Shown here one piece after another: positions 24,825 through 37,465 of a DNA stretch of 64,000 nucleotides. The translations under genes and the position numbers were made by a program. The notes under the pieces are model-generated. The model saw only the letters and a program-made list of their open reading frames with translations. It did no database searches and was not told the DNA's origin. The stretch lies in assembly GCA_030295235.1 (NCBI GenBank), contig AP026126.1, positions 186,001 through 250,000 of the forward strand. The letters are read 5' to 3'. Origin of the DNA: Fistulifera solaris. Its lineage: Eukaryota. Each line of letters starts with the position of its first letter. Within the stretch, counting starts at the first letter, position 1.

Positions 24825-25764
24825 ATGAGTGAAAAAGAAAAGATCGTTCTGACATCGGCACCGCCACCGGTGCATTCGATTGCCGTCGTTTTCATCATGA
24901 CGATTGTGTTTGTAGGACTCTTTCCTTCGATGGAATCCGTCGATCGAGTTGCTACAGTAGATACCTTCACGCGTCGTGTCTTTCCCGACCTGATCACGGT
25001 AGAGCAGATGGCGTACATCCGCTTGGCAATCGCGGGAGTTATCTGGGCGACATCCTTCCACACCATGTGCCTCTCACCCGGTTGGATCCAAACCACCAAT
25101 TACCTCAAAGGAACGAGACTATTACGAGCCCCAAATACTTTGTATGGCATTAAAACGATGTTCCCATTTACTTCATGGGCTTGGAATATGTTGGGCGTTA
25201 GCTTTACATTATCGGGTTACATTGCCCTGAAACAAGAAGCATCGCCTCTGCTGTTACGGTCAGCTCTTTTTTTTCTGGGAAGCTTCGGCTCCTTTCAGTT
25301 TCTTAGTCGCCACCGTAATTCGATACGCCATCTGGCCGGGCGTTCTCAAGGGAGATGGTGACACGACGAATTTGAAAAAGCTGCGCAACAAGTTGATGCA
25401 CAATGCCAACGTCATGATGAGTCTCACCGAGGCCGCTCTACTCGGAGGTTTACCCGTTCATTGGAAACATGTTTCGATAGGTCCGTTGGTCGGAGTGGCT
25501 TACATACTGTTTACTTGGGCAATGTCCACATCGTGGAACGATACATCGAAAGTGGGACCCCAATTTATCTACTTCTTTTTTGACACAACGTTGCCGGGAT
25601 ACACACCCACCATTGCTTTGCTGGTGTTATTGTTGGTGCTCATGTTGTTTTTTAGCTTCTTTGCGGCGTGTGACTTTCTCCTTGGCTTAGTGCCATTCGG
25701 TGTTGTTGGTCATGCACTTTTTGCACTAGGACTTGGCTCGATCATGATGCGCTTTCGTGATTAA
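24825..25764 (+). CDS. Multi-pass membrane protein of unknown function
   Basis: Several hydrophobic helices with FT.W.W, MHN.N and IYFFFD motifs; frameshift in the T-run near 25267-25274. Confidence 0.65.
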
Positions 25765-25848
25765 GCAACAAACTCAATCAGTTTGTTTTCAATTTATTGT
25801 AGAAAGACCCTATTGCAATACTTAGAACAGGAAATGACCAATTTGACT

Positions 25849-27688
25849 CTAGCTAGATGTTCGGATACAAATGTAGATGTTAGCCCCCCGCAGCATCTGA
25901 TATAATAGTCCTGTTCTGAGCAAGAGCCTCCAGGGCGGCTTGCTTTTCTTTTGACAGTTTCCACGCCATCCACAACATACCCTTAAGAGAGGATTGGGGT
26001 GTTCTTGAAGACACATAAAGGTATTGCTCGACGCTGACCCACAACCCGAGTATAAGTAGTCCGCCAACAATATGTGAAAGTTGGAACAGCAGTTGCCGAT
26101 ACTGTACCGAGGTTTCATTTGAAACATCAGTGAACTCATGGCCGATAGCATCACCTCATCGGCACCACCAAAACGGTGAGCCATTTTTAACAATCCCGTG
26201 TCCGGAGTCACATCTTTTGTGTTTGTCACAAAGTTGAAGGTGTGTCGAAATTTTGTTCGTCGGTCCGTATTGTTGACGTAAGCGAGCTGATCTGCTAAAA
26301 CAGATTTGCTTTCAGTAGTAAACACAATGGTTGGATCAACATCGCTCTCGTGCTTGTTTGCTTGCCACAAATCATCCACTACTTGCATGTGCTCATCAAA
26401 TGAAAGACATTCACTCTCCTTGAGACACTTGTCGGAAGCTCGGATTGGGAGGCCGATGGATGCTTCTACGTTCAAATCATCGGGAACCACTTCGTCCAGA
26501 ATGTTGTGAAGCTGGTTGTAAGCGATCGGATTTGGTCGCATAGCGTATATTGCTGCAGCGTGTGCTACCTTATGGGTGGATGCCGCGTAATGATATCCAT
26601 CTCGATCGGCATCGAGTATCGCAATAGAATCTGCCGCTTTTCGCAGAATGGCAATGCGTGGATCGGTATCCGGTAGCTGGTCAATGATTTCGTGCGCCAA
26701 TTTAGATAACTTCTCCATTACAGGTTTTGGCGTTGCTGGAAACGGCTGAAATAGCGAAACTACTCGAATGATGCGGTCGTCCTTGTGTTCCTCCGGAAGT
26801 AAGCCCTCTTTCGTCAAAAACATTCTCGAATCATGCTTGGGCATTATCCAAGCGCTGTTCAAATCTTCGATCGTCAGAACACAGGGTGATGACGGAAAGA
26901 AAAAAGCATTGATGATCACCTCGATCACACGATACAAGAGGCCAAGAGGCCTTACTGAACACGCTGGCTTCGGCCGGTGCTTTGTTGATGAACAAAACTA
27001 TCCGGTCACTCAACAATCCCATCATGAGAGCCACGGCGGCCCCGCCCCGTATATTCGCCCCAATACCAATTCCAGCCAAATCGAAAATCGCATACTTGGT
27101 ATCTCGACTGCATTCAAAATCAAAAGGACCAATGTCATGTTGTTCGAGCTCTGTCGCCGTACAGGTTAATCGGACTTTGGCTTCCCGCTGTGCCAAACGA
27201 TTTTGGTGATAATGAAAGGCCAGATACGACAATCGAACGGCCCATATGCGAACTGCTTCCGCGTCATTGGCATCGGTTTCGTCCGTGCGTGTCACAAAAC
27301 GGGAGTCTTTCATACACATGGATTGACCCAGCAAATGGTGAGGAGCTTCTAGTAAATGATCCAGATCGACCAACATTCGTTGTGTCATCTCATCCGTGAT
27401 GCCTTCACGAATATTACCAAACCGTGGTCCTTTCAACCACTCTTCTGAATTATATTGAAAACAAGAAGGTCGTTTGGGAGTATCGATAGGTGTTGTAGTG
27501 CCAGGAACGTCGTCTTCGGGTAATATAATCGATTCAATGACTTCTCGAACACGAGGGAAATCGTAGGTGAATTGGGGTTGTAATACAGATTGAATTCGTT
27601 CCAAATCCAAAAATATAAAGACGAAGCGCATGATGAGTACACTGGCAAACGCCGTTAAGAGCGCGGGGAAAGCACGACTCTCTGTCAT
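25849..27688 (-). CDS. Type II membrane glycosyltransferase-like protein (alpha-1,6-fucosyltransferase/GT23-like), paralog A
   Basis: N-terminal TM; G.GAN.R, GLPIRASDKCLKESEC and GNCCSNFH motifs; frameshift near 26900; C-terminal end uncertain. Confidence 0.65.
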
Positions 27689-28162
27689 GGTTTTGAACGG
27701 CGTTTCTTTGTCAAGTATGCGATGCCACTACAGTATATCGGTCGGGCTCGCACAAGACCGGTAATTGCGACCGGCTTTTACAATATTGCTACAACTGCTT
27801 AGAAGGAAGAACAGGAGAGCTGTCGGAGGAGTTCCATCTTTCGTCAACCTCCTTATTGTTTTGTTGTGAAGGATGTCGGCGGCGGGTCATTATTTTTTCT
27901 GTTTTTGGTTTCCTAAAAAAATGCACATGTTCGGGTCATCGGTTCGAAAGTGACGTCTTATACTTGACCGATTGTGCGGGATGTTTCGTGGGACTGAGCG
28001 AAGACTTCCCGCCGCTTGCGTGAGAACTGCGCTTCTGTTTGATTTCATTCTTTTTGTGCGGGAAGCGTTGATAATCATTATAAGGTTAAAATCTATTATT
28101 TTGTCTCTTCTTTCTCACAATTCCTATCGTTCTCAAGATAGATAGAAAGCAGCTAAGCAACA

Positions 28163-30459
28163 ATGGGATCTGAATGGGGCGAGGAGGTAAGAAATTCTGG
28201 GAGGCCAGCATGATCATGAATGAAACGTCTAACGACGCGTATCATTTTATCGTATAGCCCGATTGGTTTAGCGATGGCAGCGAGGATGACGATGACAATA
28301 CGTCACAAGAAGAAGACGGAGCGCTGCATCTAGGATCCTTCCATTGCCTCATCCTTATCGATTGTGGATGTCCAGGAATGTTTGATCTTTGCCCCGCTTT
28401 GCAAAACCCGAATTTGGAAGAGGAATTGCTTTCCCCGATGGATTTTGTCGTCCAAGCTGCCGAGGGAATGGTGCGATCGAAAATTAAATCCACCATGATT
28501 ACCAAGACAGGAAAACGAGATGCATTTGGGATTCTCTTGTACAATACTCGCTGTCGTCGACCGGTAAATGAAGAAGAACCGTTACGCGACACACATGACA
28601 GTGATGAAGAGGATGATCATCTTCTCGTCGGTACTGTGCGAACACGAGCCACAACCGTACATACATGGATCCCTCTCGAGCCTCCGGGTGTCTCTACCGT
28701 AAAGGCGCTACGGATAGTCCAAGATGATCCTATTGTAGGACGCGAAAAGTCACTCGAGGAAATGTATAAATTGAGGAAAGAGGATGACGCGGACGAATGT
28801 GGTCATGGTTGGTCCGAAAATCCCTTACACACTGCGCTTTTGGAAGCCAAGGAAGTCTTTCAGTCCAGTAAGCACGTCAATCGGAAAACAAAGCAGCAAA
28901 TACTCGACACGAAGCAGATATGGATCTTTACGACAAACGACGATCCTTGCCAAGGAAACGAACAGCTGATCAACGTTGTCAAAACATCGATTGCAGATGC
29001 GCAAGAGGATGACATCCAGGTGTGTATTTGGCCGCTACCGTATGGTGATGTCAACGGTCACCCGCAGAAGACGGTACAACAATTTGATTACCAAAGGTTT
29101 TATGACGTTGTTGGAGCAGTGGCACCGCTCAAGAGAGATGATGATTCCCCTCAGTCGGACGAAGAGTTCAATTTGACAACCATCATTGATGATATGCAGT
29201 ATCGGTGGAAGAAGACAAACAAATCATTCGCTCTACCACTCTTATTGCCGAACTGGAAAACAAATCGAGATTACCCAGGAATATGGCTCGACGTTTTCAA
29301 ATTAGTGCAAGTCGGGAGACGCCCTCTAAAAGTACATGTACATCAGCAGACTGGTCGGTGAGTATTCTGACGTCGACACATAGTCCGATAAGTCGTTTTT
29401 ACAAACATCACTCATTGCTGTGTTAGAATGTTGACAAAGGTTGAGCTCATCTCCAATAGCACCGGACAGATTCTTTCGAAGAAAATCGGTGGGAAAGTAG
29501 TCGATCGGGCTGCGGCGTTGCAAGATCGAGTCATCAACTACGTTGAATTTGGTAATGAACGTGTTCTCATGTCCGATGAAGACAAGATGACTCTGAAGCA
29601 AGCCGCGAATGCTAACTCGGATTTTGCGAGTTTGATCTTACTTGGTTTTAAGAATGCAACGTCCATACCGGTGACGGACATGGTGGGACAGTCGTATTTC
29701 GCTTATCCCAATGACGAGCACACGGCGGGAAGTAAAGAGGCTTTTGCTTATCTACATGATAGTATGCTGCGAAAAGAAGTTTTAGCTATTGGAGAGATGC
29801 TTTCGAAAAAGACATCCACGTCACGACAAGTAGCCATTTGGGCGCTGGAAGAAAGTATAGACGAAGAAAGTGGTATTACAACACGCCCACCGGGGATGAT
29901 GATCGTGGAACTCCCTTTTGAAGAAGAAGTCCGACAAATCGGTGATGACGCTGCTGTGCAAGAGCTTTTGATGACAGGTACAAGTTTGGCGACTCCTGAT
30001 GTTGTTGATGCGTTCTTAGCTATTGTCGAAAAGCAAACGTATGATAGTGTCCGGATTGGTCAGAACTTTGAGAATGCCGATTTAACCATGGTTTGGGATT
30101 ATGTCGAGCACGTGGCGCTAGGTTTACCAATGCCTGCCAAGCGGACCGATTGGGATATTATTCCAGATGAAGCTGCGATATCAAAGCTTGTTTTACAGGA
30201 AGTAGAAAAGGTGGTCGGTCTTCTTCCCGAAGATGTCAAGCCTGAGAAGAAAAGTAAGCGGAAGAGAGAGCTGGTAGACGATGACTCAGGTGTTGATTGG
30301 GAAGCCGCCTATCACGAGGGTGCACTGGAAAAATGTAAATCAGAAGACATCAAGAAGAAGCTAAGGTCTATGGGATTGAAAGTCAGTGGAAGAAAAAGTG
30401 AGCTATTAGAGAGACTCATGCCGTTTCTCCATGAAGAGTTTAATGACAAAGAAAACTGA
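28163..30459 (+). CDS. KU70: Ku70 (vWA, Ku core and C-terminal SAP domain)
   Basis: LILIDC..GMF, RDAFGILLYNT, IWIFTTNDDP, LILLGFK, PPGMMIVELPF, SAP-like LRSMGLKVSGRKSELLERL. Introns at 28187-28257 and 29358-29426. Confidence 0.9.
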
Positions 30460-30800
30460 AATGGTGGTGAGTTTCTTTCTTCTTATGAGTCTACAGACTG
30501 CGCCTGCCTAATTTTGTGACTAGATTTGCATTGTGCGATTTCTTTTCTATACGTTAATAGACTAGTCGGTAGACCTACGTATACATGCACAATTCGTACA
30601 CAAGGACGTGATAAGCCTATGGAATTAATAACCCTAGCGACAACAGCGAGTCCTGAGTCCTAAGAAATCTGTCGTCTGTCCCTCGATGGGACCGATACAT
30701 CGACCAATCAAACTATTTTTTCATTTTGATTTTGTTTGCGCGAATCTTTCCGTTTTGCATGATAACAACAAAAAGACGAATCCTTCTAGCGTGCAGCACA

Positions 30801-31763
30801 ATGAAGGACGAAGATGTTAACCCGGAAGATGAAGTCGAAAGTGGCTCCGATGAGGAAAAGTCGACTTCATCGGAAGAATCGGAGGACGACGATTTGGTGC
30901 TGGAAGGAGTTGTGATGCGAAATCCGGAGGTTCCATCCTCGGACGAAGATAGCGAGGATGAGGATGAAAAAGATACAAAACCTCGTTCGAAAGAGAAACG
31001 AAAAGAATCAGTGCACGAAAAAGTGGGCAAAAAGAAACGGAAGAAAATTGCCGACGATGAGGATCTCCAAGTGGAGTTTCTTTTTTGTGACATGGACGAA
31101 AAGTTCTTTCACGGTGTCAAAAGTCTTTTGAATAACAGCAGTACAATTTATCAAACACACGCATCCAGCCTCGTCGATTTGATGATATCAAACGTGCAAG
31201 TGGGGACGGTCGTTTCCACCGAAGGAGATGAAGACGGCAATGTATTCGGCTTTGCGTCGGTTCTGAATGTAACAACTTACCAGGATGCACCAGCCATTCA
31301 ACATTTGAAAGAGGAGTGTCTGAGTAATTGCCCGAAGGATCATAAAGAAGAGCTTGAAGTTGTACTTTCCGGAAAAACAAAGCGACCAGCTGGTTTTCTG
31401 ATACACGGACGAATGGTCAATCTGCCGCTCGAAATTGTAGATGTTTTGCATGATCAACTAGTTATGGATATGGATTGGGCAGTGAACAATGCTGAACCAG
31501 AAGACCGAAAGTCGTTTGATTTCGGCGCTTTTGTCGTCTTGGCTCCTTGTCAGAAAGAAGGAGGGTCCATGGTGTATCGTTACTTTGATGACGAGATTTT
31601 TGCTGATAGAGCTGAATTCGTTTTCACTTTGGATGCCCCAAAAAGCTTTTCCAAAGAGGAAAAACAATACATCAATGTCATTGTCTTGACTAAAACGGGC
31701 CACCGAGATGCAATGAATGATTTGAAAAAGATGATCCATGGAGCGATACCAGTGCAGTCTTAA
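30801..31763 (+). CDS. BCP1: BCP1/BCCIP family protein
   Basis: Acidic N-terminus, VEFLFCD...FHGVKSLL, VGTVV, VFGFASVLN, GFLI..RMVNLP.EIV, F.DE.F. Confidence 0.88.
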   Translation: MKDEDVNPEDEVESGSDEEKSTSSEESEDDDLVLEGVVMRNPEVPSSDEDSEDEDEKDTKPRSKEKRKESVHEKVGKKKRKKIADDEDLQVEFLFCDMDEKFFHGVKSLLNNSSTIYQTHASSLVDLMISNVQVGTVVSTEGDEDGNVFGFASVLNVTTYQDAPAIQHLKEECLSNCPKDHKEELEVVLSGKTKRPAGFLIHGRMVNLPLEIVDVLHDQLVMDMDWAVNNAEPEDRKSFDFGAFVVLAPCQKEGGSMVYRYFDDEIFADRAEFVFTLDAPKSFSKEEKQYINVIVLTKTGHRDAMNDLKKMIHGAIPVQS

Positions 31764-31827
31764 GACACATAACATTAGTGCTGTTGTTTTTCAAGCATAA
31801 ACATTAGTCTAAGTCGGAAAGTTGTGC

Positions 31828-33535
31828 TTATGCACTCACGCGGCTGAAGGCGGTATCGCACTGGACGAGCCATGGGCATTGTTCGTGGAGAAACTCCCAC
31901 GCTGCGACGGACCCTAGTTCGCTCTCCGAGGATGAAGCCAGAAGGCGGTAGCGTAGGTCGTCACTACTACGTATTGCGTATACGGCATCCACAAAAGCTC
32001 GAAGGCGGGGCAGTACAATGGTTGTCCAGTTTGTCTTGTGCTGCAGAGCGGGATCGTCCAATGACACGCGCGAGACAAGCATGTGTGGCTTTCCTTCTTT
32101 ATGCTGGGACTCTGATACTTTCCCAGCTTTGGCGCTATCTTGCGTCAAGTCGGATTTAAGAAAGTCTTTGATTGTCGACTGTGGTTCTCTGTTCGATTCT
32201 CCGTCATTCGGCGTCGTCTTGTCATCCTGTCGAAGTACCTGGACGATGTCGGCGTCATTAACCCCGTACATTAAGCAATAAATTGATACCTGAATCTGCT
32301 CATAAAGTGGAGGAGGAGAATGAAGACGCCTCATTCTCTGCTTACATTCAACGATTATTGATCGGATGCTCCAACTGTCATCGTCATTAAGGTCCGCGGC
32401 CTCTTCGTTTTCGAATGGTGATGTCAATTCATCACGGATCCCGTCGACACTCCCTAAAATATAAAAGTACGGAGTCACTTTATCTTCCACCTTTTCCATC
32501 GTGACTGAAAGTGTGCTCTTTGTAGTTTTCAACATATCCTTCTTTGTGTCGGTTGATATTGTCAGTTCGACCTCTGCTTCGACGAACGCGTCTAGTTCTA
32601 TCAAATCATTTTTCTCTCTGCCGCTCGAATTGGCTTTCGATGATATACAAGACGCGGAAACGGAAAGGGGAGATCGATCAGCATTCAATTCTACTGATGA
32701 ACTCGGCATGCAAGCGTCGACTTTGCATTTGGAATCGACCGTCTCTGAGACAATCGTCAAATCTATAACCGTTTTTTGCTTCTTATTGTTGGGTGGGCTA
32801 ACACAATCACCGTGTTCCGTCGGACGAACGGGGAGAGACTCTGCCTCCTTGATGGGTACAGCGGTTTTCAAGTCTCCCATGTCTGGCTCGTCGGTGAAAT
32901 CTTCCGATCGCGCAAAAGCCCAAGAACGGATCGCGGCGTTTCGTTCGCTGACCGGCCATCCACACAGTTTTTGATATTCATCCAACGCCGCATTTTCATG
33001 TACTACTCCATAGTTTGTATCCACCGCACTTCGAACCCCCTCTCGAAATTGTTCCCATTCTCTAGGACTCAAGTGTCTCTTGACCTCTTGGGATGCCAGC
33101 GTCGACTTGAGGGCTTGTGCTTTTTCAATGGTCGTCACTTTCCCCCCTCTTGACGGTCTGTAAAGCTTCTCTTAAAGTTTTGTCGACTCCCGCCTTTTTC
33201 GCAAGCGCATTCAATGCTTCTTGTGGAGTGATCATTGTCAATCCCAGCAATTGCGCGTCTTTTTGCAGTAAAGCTCCTCCCCAATGTCCTTGGTAAACGA
33301 GCTGCAGAAGAAGCTCCGGTAAATTCTTGTACGGATGATAACCCGCCATGGCTGCAACGTTGGATGCGGATATTCTCAATGAATGATTTTGAAATTGAAA
33401 CTCGAGCAAGCGCGCTTGCATGACATCGAGCATCGTTAGGCTCGTATTTTCCGTTGTCGGGGGCAATTTTGCACTGTGATCTGTCATCGATGTATCATTT
33501 CCAATGCGCTCTGTCGGTTCACATTGCTGGTCCAT
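31828..33535 (-). CDS. YqaJ/lambda-exonuclease-like PD-(D/E)xK nuclease
   Basis: ISASNVAAMAG.HPY, GVVHE..AL..Y, ILGSVDG, IVECKQR, PLYEQIQVSIY; two ORFs joined by a frameshift in the C-run near 33141-33146. Confidence 0.75.
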
Positions 33536-33925
33536 GGCATAAGTCTACTGTAGCAATGTAGATTATTGTCGCACGCTTTAAGTAAAAAGCTTTTACAAGA
33601 ATCTATAAAAAACGATACTGGTAAAGCAAAGAAGATGAGCGCCATATGGTCGCCGCTCTACGTTTGTTTTGATACGAATGAATGATTCACGTAAGAAATT
33701 CTCTAGAGTATTACGTTATACGTAGTCGCGGAGTGATTACGTAGTACGGTTTACCATTAATGGTTCGTTATGGCAAAAAAAACAACTCCCGTAGGACGAT
33801 AAAAATGGATACAAGGTCTTACATCTTCGATTATTCCGTATCCATGCCATGGTATTTGCTGGAATGTATGCTTTATGAATTCCGTTGACTTACACATCAA
33901 CGCACTCAGAGGTAAAGGTCGGCTG

Positions 33926-34852
33926 CTATCTGCAAAGACATCGAAACAGGCATCGCTCTTCATCATCGTCGCTGATAGTGGGGCTTGCACTAACCGTTGG
34001 TTCACTGCTTATCGAAGGGGTGCCGCTAGGCATCGAAGTGATCGAGGGCGCCAAGGACGGCTGCCATGAAGGGGCTGCACTGGGTCCACAGCGGGCCGGT
34101 GGGAAAGAGGATAGCTCACAAATCCCGTTCTGTATAAATTCGTCGTAAGCGCTGACTTTCGTATAAATGGCCGACGTATTAACTCGTGCGCAACCAATGC
34201 CCACGGATACGATTCCCACTTGCAGATTGGTTCCAGCTACTAGTAAGGGACCTCCCGAGTCACCATCGCAGCTATCTTTTCCCCCCACCAATTCACCGGC
34301 ACATATTTGCGTATTTCGATCGCCCAAAATATTCATGTTCGGCATCGTCTGACAAACTTCATAGTCTTGGACGGTAACTTGCACTTGCTGCAATGTAAAC
34401 GACAACACCCCGGTCTCGGATGTCTTACCAAATCCCATGACATCGACTTTCGAATCGAGCGCCGGAATCAAACTGTTTGTGTTAAGTTCAACGAGTGCAG
34501 CAGAACTCGGATTTTGTAATCTCAATAGTCGAATGTCATTTTCTTCATTGCCGGTGGCGTTGAAGGCAGGATGTACTAGCGTGCCGATGACCAGTTTCGA
34601 TTCGGCCCCATTGCCATCCAACCGTTTCGCGCCAATCGAAACCGTCCGACCGACGAAGGATGTACAATGTGCCGCCGTTAACACGATATCCGGATGAATG
34701 AGAGAGCCGCCGCACGTTGGGTTGAAAAGGTGAACATAATACGGAAAAGAACCGGCTGGAACGGGTGTTCCTCCAACGACGCTTGTAGAAACGCTGGCGC
34801 TCACCAGCTGAATTATAAGGGAGATAAGCGAGAATGCAACGAGTAGTTGCAT
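33926..34852 (-). CDS. Secreted trypsin-like (S1) serine protease
   Basis: Signal peptide, VVGG, LTAAHC, NDIRL, DSCDGDSGGPL; Pro/Ser-rich tail. Confidence 0.95.
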   Translation of the reverse strand: MQLLVAFSLISLIIQLVSASVSTSVVGGTPVPAGSFPYYVHLFNPTCGGSLIHPDIVLTAAHCTSFVGRTVSIGAKRLDGNGAESKLVIGTLVHPAFNATGNEENDIRLLRLQNPSSAALVELNTNSLIPALDSKVDVMGFGKTSETGVLSFTLQQVQVTVQDYEVCQTMPNMNILGDRNTQICAGELVGGKDSCDGDSGGPLLVAGTNLQVGIVSVGIGCARVNTSAIYTKVSAYDEFIQNGICELSSFPPARCGPSAAPSWQPSLAPSITSMPSGTPSISSEPTVSASPTISDDDEERCLFRCLCR

Positions 34853-35124
34853 TTGGTAGTTCTCTCTATATTGTCTGTTGTTGCTTGTGCCACATTATGT
34901 TGATCATGTCCTTTCTTTTATGTGCTTCGAATTTCGAATATTATTGCATGACTTCGTGGTTACGCGCACCTCTGTCAAATGACTATTCGAAAAATTCGAA
35001 AAGTCCTACCGGTAACGGAGTGTACCATACTGAGTGGTGGGAGTGGGCAGTGTCATGAAGCTAGAGAGCGAACGACGAGTCTTAAGTCCTAAACCGTCAA
35101 GTTTTCTTTCCAACCGCGCTCTCT

Positions 35125-37014
35125 CTAATGCTTTTTCTTGTGATGATTCGTTCGACGTTTATACTTTGTCATGTGGGATGAATTGCTTTCGGTAGGTTTT
35201 GATGTCTGAAATTTCGCCAGTTCTTCCCACAACCAAGTCTTCCAGATATCGACAACATAGTCCAGTTCCGGCAGACGATCGACCCATTCTGCCGCAATAA
35301 GTGTAAGTGTGATAGTCTTCTCTTGCATGTCACGATGTGATCTTCGTGTATGCCTTTTGCTGAAAGCGTAGAATTTGTGGACGATTGGTTTCAGATGAAC
35401 GTACAGAAGGACGCTGATCATAATCATCCACGCCAGATACTCGATAGCTGAAGTCAACCAAGGAATTGCAGAATTTTCGAATGAATGATAACTGTCTAGC
35501 TCGGGAGTGAAAATTGCTTGAAGTGATTGTATCCTTTTGTTGAGCAGTTCCATCGTAACGTGAGCCTCTCGGTTCAACAACTCATCGATGAGCGAAACGA
35601 ACCAAACCAATACATCGTTCGGTTCCAAGGATGGTGTCGAGACATTGTGTTCAGCACCAATAAACTTCAAAATTGCTTTGCCTAATTCTCGTGGGGATTG
35701 TGGATGGTGCTCCAAGCACAAGATGGGAGGACCCACGTTCTGTATGACATCATAACCTCCTCCATTGCAGCTCGTCACAATACCAACCACTGGCTTGAAA
35801 CGCACGAGACTATCCCAAACGTATGCTGGGTGTTCCATGGTCACAAAAGCGGGTTGAAGTTCTTCGAAACTCTCGTCCCATCTTACCACGACGAAATTGG
35901 AGGGACCGCTCCATCGCTTTGCTCTGCCGGCGTTGTCTTCTGGTTCCATTGCACTAGTCTGAGCAATTTCCTGCAAAGATGCCCGTGCTAAGGAAAGAGC
36001 CTGCATCAATGTCCGAGATGATATTCTTCCCTGTGAAGTGTCCGGAAATGTCACGGCCAAGACCAAAGTGGGTGTATCTGTCAAAGCAATAGGGCTACCA
36101 AGTGCTGCAGTGTTCGAAAATGCATTTGGTAGACAAGGAACACAAGGTGAAAGGAGTGGTGATGGGATGCGCAGTATATTGGAAATCGACACATTTTGAA
36201 GTGTCATCAAAAGTTGATTCTCTCGCGTCCAAAAATCCGATAACGTTCGTAGACGATCCAATCCAAACTGGGTGCGAAGGCGATTCAACTCCACAAACTC
36301 CTTCATTTGATCCAGTATCTGTAGACGATCGTAAATGACCCGTATAAACCAAGTATACCACGGTTGATTTGATGCGATTGGTCCGAAAATTCGGCGTAAA
36401 TGGTTGGTTCCTTCCAAGAGGACGACTGTGGGCAAATGAAGGAGTTCGGCCACCACCATCCCGGCAACAAAGATTCCATCCGTCACGACCAAATCGAAAG
36501 GATTCGATTGCAGTTCACTGTGCAGCTCCTTGACAAGCCCAGCAGCACTTTGAATTTCGCAAGCAAAGGCGTCATTACAGTTAAAGGAAGGCTGGTCGAA
36601 GGCCCGAAACGTTAGTAAGGATTGTGCCTGAGTGTGATCGGCACAAGGTATCCTTGGCAATAGATCACGTAGAATCTGATGTTCGGAATATTGATAAAAT
36701 AATGTGACTCGGTAACCACTGGTTAACAAGCCTGCGGTGATACTCATTAAAGTATCGACGGAAGCTTGACTCGCAACTAAAAACAAAGCAATGTGTGCAT
36801 TCCCCTCGGGTGCATACAACGAAACGCCCGGCTCCTCGTACATGCATAACTCGCACGAACTCGAAACAAAACTTTGCATTGCATTTTTCGTATTGTTCGT
36901 TGAACGACATCGTTGATATTGGGAAGTAGTCGATGATGAGGAAAGAGTCGTGATGCTCACGACGCAAAGAACCAGAATAATCAGCAGCATCGTCCCTGCA
37001 CGTCGAACAATCAT
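35125..37014 (-). CDS. UDP-glycosyltransferase (GT1)-like ER membrane protein, divergent
   Basis: Signal peptide, L.SGYRVT, PFDLVVTD...G.VVAELLHLPTV, LNRLR..FGL, late TM helix and C-terminal KKKH. Confidence 0.5.
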   Translation of the reverse strand: MIVRRAGTMLLIILVLCVVSITTLSSSSTTSQYQRCRSTNNTKNAMQSFVSSSCELCMYEEPGVSLYAPEGNAHIALFLVASQASVDTLMSITAGLLTSGYRVTLFYQYSEHQILRDLLPRIPCADHTQAQSLLTFRAFDQPSFNCNDAFACEIQSAAGLVKELHSELQSNPFDLVVTDGIFVAGMVVAELLHLPTVVLLEGTNHLRRIFGPIASNQPWYTWFIRVIYDRLQILDQMKEFVELNRLRTQFGLDRLRTLSDFWTRENQLLMTLQNVSISNILRIPSPLLSPCVPCLPNAFSNTAALGSPIALTDTPTLVLAVTFPDTSQGRISSRTLMQALSLARASLQEIAQTSAMEPEDNAGRAKRWSGPSNFVVVRWDESFEELQPAFVTMEHPAYVWDSLVRFKPVVGIVTSCNGGGYDVIQNVGPPILCLEHHPQSPRELGKAILKFIGAEHNVSTPSLEPNDVLVWFVSLIDELLNREAHVTMELLNKRIQSLQAIFTPELDSYHSFENSAIPWLTSAIEYLAWMIMISVLLYVHLKPIVHKFYAFSKRHTRRSHRDMQEKTITLTLIAAEWVDRLPELDYVVDIWKTWLWEELAKFQTSKPTESNSSHMTKYKRRTNHHKKKH

Positions 37015-37465
37015 ACTGAGAGGACCATGACTTCCTCTTCTTCCAGCTGAGAGTATAGAAAGTAAGGTAATTTAATCATCAAGCGTGCAAATGTTGCAAA
37101 CGAAAGGCAAAATGCGACGAATGCAAAAAGTTGTAAAAATCGAATGGAGCGACGTGCGACGACGATTCCTCATTTTTTCACTTATTTCCTTCTATTTTCT
37201 TCACACAGACCGCTAAGACACTTTCCGGCACCCATATCGATCGAGCTTTCAGAACCTTAACGCTATCGGAGCGACTGCTTTTTGCAGCAGTCACAATCAC
37301 ATTATTTTCATTCTTTTTCCATCATATGATGATGATGAATAAATGAAAAGAACATGCCAGAGACGATTTGAAGTATTCATCATTGATCGAACGTGTACCA
37401 ATCTGTTTTGGTTTGCTGGCTCGTCTGCTCAATTGGCTTGTTCGTTCGAAAAAGAGCGCAAGATC

